From Monocercomonoides exilis PA203 (taxonomy: Eukaryota; Protista; Preaxostyla), in NCBI GenBank assembly GCA_001643675.2, contig LSRY02000004.1, positions 620,001-684,000 on the forward strand: 64,000 bases of DNA, given 5' to 3'. How positions within the stretch are numbered: position 1 is the stretch's first letter; the number at the start of each line of letters is the position of its first letter. A model generated the notes under the pieces. The model did not search any database, had not been told where the DNA came from, and worked only from the letters and a program-made list of their open reading frames with translations. The position numbers were made by a program, and so were the translations under genes. Positions 18,810 to 30,800 of this stretch are shown here, in pieces.

Positions 18810-21800
18810 GTGGATATGAATTTGGGGATCATGAAAAAAGATACTTATCAATTTGTTTGCCAAACCAGAGAAAAGCGTTGCCACATTAGTTGGATGCTAC
18901 TGGTGTTTTGCGCTGTGGCTGCGAATCTTTGTGAAGATCAGCGAGTTATCGATTTTAAGAGAGTTCAAGACAGACAGATTGAAAGTCATGAAATTTTCCA
19001 GTCAGAAAGATACATTGGGGATAACAGCAAAGATATAAAAGAAAACAAAGTGGAAGACGAAGTTTCAGAATTGTCAAAGAGGGTTAACAATCATGGCGAG
19101 GATGAGACAGATTTGACTGAGCTCAGATGTTTTTGTTTTCTCTCCAATGGATCTGCGACTTTTGAGAGAATATCACTTCTTGGAAGTTGGAATATCGCAA
19201 ATGTGTTTGAAATAGAAAGAAATGGAGAACTTGTTTTGGAGGGCTGCAAAGTGAGAAGCAGCTGCGATTGTTCTTCTTTGGCGAAGACTTCCACAGCGAA
19301 TGTAAGTATTTTCAACATATCAATGAGTGGCTCACAAAGCCCTGCACACGTTACAAGTCCGCTGTGCGAAGGGAGCGAAACTCATTTTTTGATTGAGCAG
19401 AGTTCAATTTGTTCGCTGAGCGTTGCAAAGGATTCGTTTGTTCTCATTGGAAAAGGAAGCAATTGTGCTCATCTTCAGGGCTGTTCATTCATCAACATCA
19501 CTCAACTGCAGAAAAGCAAAATTCCATCTCCTTGTTATTCTTCTTCTTCTCTTTTTTCTTCTTCAACTTATTCTTCGAATCGATCCCTTCAGAAGCAATC
19601 ATCAATTTGGAAAGATTTGAAAATTTTAGGAAATGGAAATACTGACGAAGGCTCAATTATTAGAACTGAATCATGCATCTTCAAATTGAATGCGCTTGAT
19701 CACAACAATGCTCTTTTTGGGAAAAAGAGACTTCTTTTAGCGACATCAGTTAATTCGACTTTCAACACGAGGCAAGAGCTGTCAACTGGCAATCACAGCT
19801 TTATAAGATGCAGTTTTTGCTCTCAAAGCGAAGAAAGAGGAGGCGCAATATTCAGCAGTGCTGCTTTGACAATAAGAGTGTGCATATTTTTTAAATGCAA
19901 TTGCACAAAAGCTATTGATCAACATGGTGGAGCTATGTATATTTCGGGAGATGAACAGATTTTAATGGAAGAAACAAATTTTTCAGATTGCAAAGCAAAT
20001 GTAGGAGGAGCAGCTTGCCTTCGCTCAAGAGTCTTTTTTTCCGTTCTGAATTGCCGGTTTTTGAGCAGCCCTTCTGCTCAAGGAGTTGTGCAGTTTTGTG
20101 ATAACTACAAGGGTGCGTTGTATTCTGGATGCGTTTTTGCACATAACAGCAAAAATTATGAAACTGGAGTTGGGAAAATTGTATATAATGGATTGAATTT
20201 TTCTTTTCACGATTGTCTTTTTGAGGATAATCATGCATCAAGAATGGGCTGCATTTATCTTTCACAGCCATCCGAAGCAGCATCATTTTTCAATGTTTCA
20301 TTTGTGACATGCTTTTTCTCGGGAAATGAAGCTTCATATACGGGAACTCATGCAAATGATATTTATGGAATTAAAAACTGGAGTAATTTGACAAAACAGT
20401 CATTTGTGGAGACTTTCTCAACATCTATTGAACCACATTTGTTCATTGATAATGGAGCATCAGGCCATGAAAATTGGATTCCTTTTCCACCTTCACCCAA
20501 GCCGATGGCCAAGCTTCATTCATCTGCTCAGCGTGGAAGCGACGATGCTAATTGCGGAAACGAAACGTTTTTGTGTCTGACGCTGAAATACACCTTCGAC
20601 AGCAGATGGAGAGGATTAGGGAAATTGCCGATGGTTGTTCACCGAGGAGAGAAGGCAGAAGAAAGCATTGTGATTGGGAGCGAGAGTGTGGAGATAAGTG
20701 GAGAAGACAAAGAAAAAACGGTGCTGTATTCGAAAGTGACAAGAGATGGAGGAGGGCTGTTTGAAATAACGAGTGGAAGTCTGGAGCTGTCAGCAATGAC
20801 TTTGGTCCATTCGAGACTCTCATCGTGTGGACTGTCATCGCTTTTCACAATAACCTCGTCAGGAACATTGAGTGTGAGAGAAGCTGTTGTGAAGGGAGAT
20901 AGATATGAAGAATCGTATTTTGAAAAAGCAGCTTGTGATTTGAAAGAAGGCAGAACAAAGATGGAAAATGTGGTTTTTTGTGATTTCGATGTGTCAGGAG
21001 CATCGCTGATTTCAGTTGGGCAAGCGTGTGAGCTGAATCTGACATCGGTTGACATCTCAGGGATCACTAACATGAATGGAGATGGAGGAGCAGTGAGCGG
21101 GGTCATTGACTCTGGAAAAGTGGTTATCGTTGAGAATGCGAGTTGGAGGGGATGCAGAAGTGAAAAGGGAAACGGAGGAGGTGTGAATGTTGTTGTCAGA
21201 AGTGGAGGAACACTGAAGATAGGAGCAACATTGGGTTGCTCAATTGATATGTGCTCTGCGGGAAATGAGGGAGGGTTGAAAGGAAAAGGAGGAGGAGTGT
21301 ATCTCAGAGTGGATGATGGTGCTGCAGGTTATGTTTTTGATGGTTTGGGATTTGGAGCCAACAACCAGGCATGGAAAGGGAACAACATGTTTGTTTCTGG
21401 GGATGATTTGAAGAGGATTGTTTCAAAGGAACATTTCAAGAGCTGCATTGAAGCAAACAGAGAGCATGACAGTGATGCAATGGGGAGCGAAAGCAGTGAT
21501 GAGGATTTCATTATTCCCTTGTCTATTTATATGATTCATCCATTTCCAATTCCAGGGTTTGTTGGGGGAAGGAATTGCAAGGATTTCAACAACTGTGGGT
21601 TTGACGGTTATCCTTGTGAAACGATGAACTTCATGAGTTCTGTTCAGTTTCCGAGCAGTGATTGCACCATAATCCTCAATCCGAACTTTGTTTTGAATGA
21701 AGTTGTTGAGATGGAAGACTGCAAGTGGAATGTGAGCTGCGAGCTTGTGGGAGAAAGGGTTGAAGTGGCAAAGGTCGATTCAGCAACATCTGAGGGGATG

Positions 21801-24800
21801 ATAATGGTGAAAAATCAGACTGAATTAGCCAACATAGGATTTTATCTTCCAGCGAATCTGGGAGCTGCAGCATCGTTCATTTCGTGTTCATCAGGAACTT
21901 TTCATATGAAATGTTGCTCAGCATCCTTGATTGATGTATCTTCTGAGCAGAAAGTGAGCTTCAGCATTGTGAGGGTGACAGGGGGAAGGATGTTCATGGA
22001 ATCGTTCATCAGTGAAACTGGGATTGAGTTTTCATCTTCCTCGATGATCTGGGTTGATGGGGAATGTGAAGTTGTGCTGTGTGAATGCAAAATTGTGGGT
22101 GTGAAAAAAGAGAGCGGAAATGGGGGTTGCATATCTGCTGAGAAGAAGAAAATCAGAATGGCGATTGATTCGTGCAACTTCAGTGGGTGTGGTGTGGTTG
22201 GAAGCAGCTCGTGTGGTGGGGGAATGATGGCTAAAATGAAGGGAGAGAACGAACTGTTCATCAACGGAACAACAGCTTTTGATGGTTGTGCAGCACCAAG
22301 TGGTGAAGGGGCAAATGGCAGAGGAGGGGGGATGATGATCAGGGTGGAAGAGGTTCCGTTGAAATTCGAGATTGGAGGGGATGTGACTTTTGGGTCATTG
22401 GAAAAGAATGATGCGAGATATGGCAAGGATGCGTTTGTTTGGTGCGAGAGAGGTGTTCATCTTAGAGAAGTGACCAATCGCTCATCATTCGAGTTTTTCG
22501 ATTTCAAAACGATTCCAACAGATGCACTGCAGCTGAGCGGGATGGAAAATGGGAACGAATCATGTGTTATTCCGCTTCATGTGTTTCTGTGCTCAGTCGG
22601 AACGCAGCTGGTTGTTGATGGGAGTTGTGGAACTGATCACGATTATTGTGGATTTGCTTCGTTTCCGTGCTTGACAGTTGATTATTGTGCTGGAAGACGA
22701 GCAGGAAGCAATGTGGAGTCTGTGGTGCTTGAATCGGGATCATCGATAAATGGTGAGTTTTCCTTTCCACTGTTTGCCATGAGTGTGACCTCTCAGATCA
22801 GCCCTGGAATAATGGTTGATGTTCATGACAATGGAGATGTGGAGCAAGAAGGCCTTGTGGAGTGTGCGAGCAACATCAGGTTTGAAAACATTTCGTTTGC
22901 ACTTCCACTCTCCATGAAGGAAAGTCATTGCAGTTTTCTTATTTCGAAGAAGAATCTGAAGTTGACAGAGTGCGTATTTGCGTTTTTGGGAGACAAAGAA
23001 GGGGCATTTGTTGAGTTCAGCGTGATTCATGTTTGCAGCGGGGATCTGACGATGAAGGGTGTGTGCTTGGAAGATGGGATTGGATTCCATGGCTGTTCTG
23101 GATTTACTGTGGAGAATGGAGGAAAAATTACCATGGAAGATTGTGTATTGTGTAATGTGAGCAAAATGAATGGGAATGGAGGGTGCATGACTTTGAGAGG
23201 AAAAAGTGGGGAGAATCCGTTTGTGAGGATGAGGAATGTGACGATTGGTGGAGCATGTGAAGCAGGAATGAGCCTGAAAGGAGGCGGATTGCTTGTGGTG
23301 TTGGATGCGGGCATTGAGCTGGCAATGGAGAAAGTTGGATTCAAGAACTGTTCTGTTCCGGCTGAAGACTCGGAGAGTGTAGGAAGAGGGCTCGGAGGGG
23401 GAATGTTTCTTGAGCTGTTGGATGGGAGTGGCGTATTGACACTCTCAGAGCTGACGTTTGAGACTTGCAGTGCCTGGAAAGGGAGGAATATGTTTGTGGA
23501 TGCGATGCAGTTGGACATTGTTGTGAACAACAGCACAATGAAGTTTGAGATGGAAGGAATGGAAAGAGAAGATCTGATGGGATTTGAGGAATCGACAACC
23601 AAAACAGAATATCGGATTCCTCTTGAGGTCTATTTCAGGGAGATTGGGGATGGGGGTTATGTTGGAGGAAAAGAGGATGAAGGGTTTGATCATTCAGGAT
23701 GTGGATTTGGAGATGTGCCTTGTGAGAGTGTTGGATTTCTTCTTTCCCACCGGATCAAATCGAGTCAAAATGTGACTGAGATCCATATTTATCCTTCATT
23801 TGCATTCAAAGAATGCCTTTCCTTCAGCAACAAGAATATTATTTTGCGAGGTCTTGACAAGAGCCTTCAAACGAAGTTTGTGCAGAACATCACAGGAGAA
23901 GGATCAAATGTTGTTGAATCATTTGTGGATATCGAGATTAGCGATGTGAGTTTTGAGGCGCCAATTGAATTTGTTCCAATTGCAAGAATGAATTTGTTCT
24001 TTGTTGGTCAGAAAACAATGAAAATGCTTGGCTGTTCATGTGTGTGGAGAAGTGATGAAACAAAAAGTGTTGAGTATAATTTTGCGAGAGTTGAGGGAGG
24101 AACGTTGGAAGTTGTGGATTTTGAAGCAAGATATGTGAAATTGGGGAATTATGGGATGTTTGTGGTTGAAGGGAATGAAGCGAGGGGGCGATTCAGTGGG
24201 ATGGCCATTGATTCTGTGAGTTGCAATGGGCAGAAGGGGCTGATGGTGGGAAGGCTGTGCTCAATGTGGATCAATGATTCTTCAGTGTCAGGTTCAGAGT
24301 TGTTGCAGAACTGTGCGTTGCTTTCTATCGATGAGTGTGCTGAGACAATTGTGGACAATACATCGTTGAGTGACTGGAAGAGGCAGATTGGAAATGGTGG
24401 GGGAATTGAGGGAAAAGTGGGGAAGGTGTGCTCATTCAAGATGAAACAGTGCAACATGACAAACTGCGGGGCATTGATTGGAAACGGGAAAGGCGGGGGG
24501 ATGATGATATCGTTGAGCGGCAGTGGCAGGATGGAGTTTGATGACAATACTGTGAAGGAGAATATTGTTTCAGAGCAGAGTGGACAAGGAGGTGGGCTGT
24601 TCATTAACATTGATAGCACAGAAGTGAATTATTGGGTGAGAAGGAATGTGTTTGCATCGAATGTGGGGTTAATTGGATGGGATGTGTATGTTGTGTGTCC
24701 TTCGCCACGAACAATGATCACACTTATTGTTTGGGAAGGGTTTGATGAGGGTACTGGAGAGAATAACTTTTGGGTTGGGGATGGAGAAGCAGGGAGCAAT

Positions 24801-27800
24801 GAAGGTGTATCTCTGAAGACGTATCTGTTCCCTGGGGATGAAGAGATAGTGTTTGTGGATGAAAGTGGGAAGAATGATGCAAACTGTGGGATGTTCAGTG
24901 TGGAAGGGTTTTGTCGAGATGTGGGATATGGGATGGGGCGGATGAATGAGAGCCAGTGGATTGTGCAAATCAAGACGAAAGCAGACCTGGAGAAGGAAGT
25001 CGAGCGAAGAGAACATCCATTGGCAATAAGAGGGAAGAACAGTGAAAGTGTGATGAATGTGAAAGCAGAAGGGCATTTGTTGCTTTCATCATCGTTGGAG
25101 CCGAACAATCTGATGTTGAGCAGCCTGAGGATCTGGCTTCCTGAGGAAAAAAGTGAGTTTGATGAGTTCGTGTGCGTGGAGAGTGGGAAACTTTCAATTA
25201 CCAGCTGTGCATTCGGGGAGATTGGAGAAGAGAAAAGACAGTGCTGGGAATGGATTGTGAATGGAAGAGGAGGAGAGATTGGTTTTGTGTCTGTGAATGT
25301 GCCTGGGATGCTGTTCAAAGGAGGATGCGGGATGGTTTGTGTGGGAGGAGAGTGCTATGCCAGTGTTGAAAACACATCAGTCGGTGAAGTGAGCGGAGAA
25401 GGTGGAGGGATAATTGTTATTGGACAAGGTGGAGAGATGATGATTAACTCATCCAACATCACTCAGAGCAGTTCGCAGAAAGGAGGAGTGATTCAGATGG
25501 CAAAAGGGAGCAAGCTACAAGTGGAGAATGATTGTTATTTTGTTGGATGTTTGGCAAATGAAGGAGATGGTGGAATGATAAACAGCGAAATGAATGAATA
25601 CTCAGTTTTCACAATAAGATCGAGCACACTCAAAGGATGCTCGGCAAATACGAATGACGGAAGGGGTGGAAGTGTTTTTGCTGAAATGACTGGAAATGGA
25701 GTTTTGTTTTTTGGGAATGTGAGTTTTTCTGAGAACGTTGCATGGGCTGGGAGAGATATGTTTGTTCGAAGTGTGGATTTGAATGAATCAATGAAGAGCA
25801 CTTGTTTTGAAGAAGTGCTATTTGATGAGGAAGGGAGGGTGTGTGTGGATTTTGCAGGAAGCGATGAGACAAACTTTGGAGGAGCAATTGTGGATCTGAA
25901 GCTGTTGTTGGTTCAGTATGAATCAGAAGAAATACGAGTGAGCAAGAAAGGGTGTGATGTTCTTGGCTGTGGGAGTGAGACATATCCATGCTTGTCTTTT
26001 TGGAGAGGATTTGAGAATGTGAAGGGCAGTTTGGATTCGAAAAGGGTTGTCATCACAGATGGGACATTTGTTGAAAACGAATATGAATTGACGGGATGTG
26101 AAATTTGTTCAGAAGGTTCTTCCGCGAATGATTCTGGAGAGAAAAGTCGACTTGAATTCAAAACTGAAATCAAAGGAGAGAGAGGGAAAACGGTGATAAC
26201 TGGGCAAGGCGCATTACGTTTTGCTGGATTAGTGTTTGCTCTTCCGTATTCCTTTTCGAGTGGTCATGAGATCCTGATCACATACTCATCAATGAGTGAA
26301 AGCGAAGCTCTAATTGTTCGCAAGTGCCTGTTTGAATGCAGTTCAAGCAGGAAGGTGGATGTGTGTCTGATCAACGGGATCAGAGGAAAAGTTGAGATGA
26401 GAGAGTGTGCTGTGGGAACAGTTCAGTTTGTGAACACCCCTTTTGTGCTGCAGTGTGACATAAACATCAGCTCATGCATCGTGGAAGGGATTTCAAGTGA
26501 GTGTGAGGAAGGAGGAGCAATGAGAGTCATTCTCGACTCAGTTGTCACGAGGCTTCAAATGAAAAACATAACAGCAGTAAGATGCCGGTGTGTGAAGGAG
26601 GAAAGCAAAGGAGGGTTTTTGTTTGTAGACTCAAGCAAAGCGAATCAGGAAACGCCATTTGTGTTTGAAGAGATGGTGTTTGATGGAAATGAGGCATGGA
26701 GAGGGAAAAACATTTTTGTTGTGGAAAGGGATCTGAACAGAACAGTGAGTGAAAGAGTCTTTCACTTTGATTTCGAATCGTTGAAGGATGATGAAAATGC
26801 ATTTGAGGGGAGGGATGTGTTCAATGAGGCAACAGACTTGTTCCGTTTTCTTGTTTCGTTCAGCTCTGGACATATATATGTTGGAGAGAAGGGATTTGAT
26901 GTGAAGAGATGTGGGAGCGAAAGGGATCCATGCTGTTCGTTTTGGAAAGGGATGCAACAACTGGAGGTGGGAGCTGAAAAGAAGGCAATATTCATTTGGG
27001 AAAAGACAAAGATCACAGATGGATTTGATCTCTCAGAAATGGTCATCGCCTCTGCATCTCTTGTCAGCAGAAAAGCTGCTTCACCTCATGGAATAACAAA
27101 TGCGGATGGTTATGAGAATCAAATGGCAACATTAGAATTTGAAAGGAGCGATTCATCAGGGAGTGGAGGGTATGTGAAGAACAGGAAAGCTTTGTTGCTC
27201 GAAATGCTCAACTTGCTGGTGAAGTCAAGTTTACAGAATGAAAAGAAGGCAGCGATTATCAACGAGGATGGAATGTTGAATATTACAGATTGTTCTTTCA
27301 GTGTGAAAGAGGTACCTGAACAAGAAGGAAACATCAACATGGTGAGGATGGAAAAGGGTCGAATGGTTGTTTGTCGACTGAGCTGTGAATCGACGAGTTT
27401 TTGTGAGAGTGTTCTGCTTGTGAATGGAGATGGTGTTGAGTGTGATCTTAATGAGATTGTCTTCACATCAGTGAGCTTCAGGAGCGGATCTGTTGTGGAG
27501 ACATTTGCGATGGAGGAATCTGTGAAGAGATCACATGAGGGTTGTGTTGTGTCTCTATGCAATTCCACTTTTTCATCCATCACCGGCAATGGTGTTGAGC
27601 CGAGTGGAATGATCAGTGAAGGAAGTGAAGGAGCAGAGCTGGTGGTGAATGGAAGCAGATTTGAGGGTTGCCTGGGGAATAAGTCGATGAAAGGTGGAGT
27701 GTGCCTGTTTGAACTGAGTGAAGGAGGAGTTATGAGAATGGTTGATTGCTTGATGGTGAGGTGCGGGTGCTCGATGGAGGGGAGAGGAGGGGGTGTGTAT

Positions 27801-30800
27801 GTTGCGACGAGACTGACAGAGGATCTTGACTTTTGCTTTGTGAACATGAACTTCAGTGCAAACAGTGCAAAAGCAGGGCGGGATATATATGTTGAGTGCC
27901 ATCGAATCTCCAGGCAGATAAATGAGACACAGTTTCTGATGGATCTGCGGGAGTCTGTGTATGTGCGACTGAATGCAATCTGTGGGATAGACAGAACGGA
28001 GCACACGAGCGAGCCGATTGATTTGATGAGCATCATCGCAATCTTTCAGTCTGACAGTATTGTGTTGTCGAGTGCCTTGGAAAAGAACGGAAAGAATGAG
28101 CGAAATTGTGGAAGTCTGGCGAATCCATGCTTGTCCATTGAGTATGGGTTGAGTCATGTGACGAGAGATGTGGAAGCAAGGATGCTTGTGGATGAAGAGT
28201 CGAAGTTGATGAGTGAGGTGGATCTCCATGATTTGACGCTGACGGCTCTTAATGCACCTGGAAAGAAAGGTGTTGTTGCTGTGATGGAGAATGCTTTTGC
28301 TCCAGGGATTGAAGCAGTTGTGAGAAGTGAAGGTGTTGTGTCCGTTTTGTATCTTGTTTTTGCGGTGCAAACCTCACAACCACCTCAACATTCAACGCTT
28401 TTCGCAGTTGAGTCTGGCTTTTTCTTGATGAGCCAATGTGGCTTTAGTGGGCTGGAATCAGATGAACAATTGAGTGACTTTCCCTTTATTTGTCTAAGCT
28501 TTGGTGGAGGGAGTGCTCAGTTGTTTGATATCAAGTTTGATTCGTTGCATGTGATATCAAGCTGTCTGATCGAGTGCCAGAGTGGTTGTGAGAGTGTCTT
28601 GATGGAGAAGATCGGAATGAGCGATGTCACTTGTGAAAGATGGTGCATTCATGTTGATGATGATGGTGAACAAGTTTGGGAGCAAGAAGGAGAAAGAATG
28701 TTAGAGTTTAGTGGTGCAGAAATGAAGAATATAACATGTTCTTCATTGGATGGAAGTGTAATAAGACTCAAATCGAAACACATTCCTCTGCTAATTCGAA
28801 ACAGCACATTTGGAAGCTGCACAAACACGAAAAATGAAAAGGGAGAAGTTTTGTCAATAAGTTCATGTTCAAATGTGATTATAGAATCGAGTGTTTTCGA
28901 TGGAGAAAAAAAGAGAGATAAGAGGAACACAAACAGACTTTGCTCGAGTGCTGGAGATGAACTGTGCAAATGGAACGGATCTCTTGTTGATTGTGTGCAT
29001 TCTCATGTGGAACTAAATGATACAACGATCAAGAATTCGGAAGTTGGTGGATTGTCCGTGTCAAGTGGGAATATTTGGGTGATGATGAGCATGTTTTCGG
29101 GGAATGATCCGTCAGTGAAAGGATATCCATCAGCTCGACGGAACATTATTTGCACAGACCATGCAATGTTGAACATCAGGAGCCTGAAGGGAGGTGATGG
29201 AGCTGTGAAAAATTCATCCTTATGGATCGTGAGTGAGAATTGTGAAATGGAAGGAATTGTGGGGGAATGTACTTCTTCATTTTTCATTCCGTTGCTAGAG
29301 TCAGTGGAGAAAGAAGATGAAGGAACTGCGTCAAAGCTGAAGATTAAAGGGCAGCTTCTTTTGCCTTGCAATCTGATGTTGAGATTAGTTTTCAGGAGGG
29401 GCAGTGAAGAGCAGATTGAGAAATACGATTTTGACACAGATGGGTTTGTCTCAGAGAATGAAGTTCACTCATGGGTATCAACAGAAAAGCTGGGAAATAT
29501 CGAAGATGAAACAGAAGTTTCTGTGTCACTTCAATATGGAGATCCCGCAGCACCAAGTTTTTCCAATTCATTCATTCTGAAGAACAAAAGTGAAACAAAA
29601 GTGAATGGAGATGAAAATCTTTCTGAAGGAGGAAAAGAAGGAAAAATCTCATGGGTTTTGATTGTTTGTATTGTGATCGTGGTGATACTGTTAATTGTAT
29701 CAATAATATTCATTGTTCGATGGAAGAAGGTGAAGAATGAAGCAGAAGATCTGAGAGAGATTGTGAATGATAACATCAGAAAAGATCCGAAGGCGTTTGA
29801 GATGGTGACAATGGAGATGTCACCGGAAGAGCAATGGAAAAGGGCAGAGCGGGAGGCAGAGAAGAAGAATGATGAGAGAATGAAGAAGAGAGTGTATGAT
29901 ACGAATATGCAACATTCTGAATCATCCGAGCATCTTTTGAGTGAGAGTGGTTCGACAGAATATATTTTGGGAAGAGACTCAGACAAGATTCCTGATTGGG
30001 CATTGGAAATGGTTGAAGAAGAAGAGACAAGAAAAAGAACACCATCACCATCCATTTCATCCGCTTCAACAACAGACACTTCAGACACAGATTCAACGTT
30101 TGTTCGATCGGAGATTCTGTGTCCAACCACCTCATCGATGTCGAATCTGGTGGATGCAATGGCATGTTCATCGCCTCACGAGAAATTGATTGTAGACTTG
30201 AGGGATTCTCTGTTCATGTTGCTTCACGGGAGGAACGAGAAGAAAGAGATGGAAATAGGCACTCTGCAGCAGAGAGAATATACGGCTGCGCAGATCCTGT
30301 TCTGGGTGGCTAACCTTGCTCTCCACTCCTTTGATGAAATGGACAATCCGCTCTCTTCTCTTGCCAATCTGAGCCCGCACATTGTTTTATTCTCTGAGCA
30401 TATGGTGATCTGCATTGTGATGCACTCAGACTTCTTGTCTGATGGTTCCGATTCATCATCCGTCTCTTCATCAACAGTTGTGACATCTGCAAGTGATGAT
30501 GATGATGAAAGTGACTCTCTGCCCTCGTCAGCCTTTGAGGATGAAGATAGTTTCAAAAAAGAGTGCCTGAGGTGGATGGCGCCTGAGCTGTTGATCAACA
30601 AGAAGATGGGAGCAACAAAGGAATCTGTTGCCTTTTCAATTGGGATGATGCTGTGGGAGTGCTTGACGCTGAAGATCCCGTTTGGGGAGTATGAGGCAGA
30701 GGTGGCAGGGCAGAAGATTGTGAATGGAGAGAGGCCAAACTTGGAAGCTGTTGAGTGTGCGAGCTGGAGCGAGCTTGTGAAGTGCTGCTGGGCAGGGCAG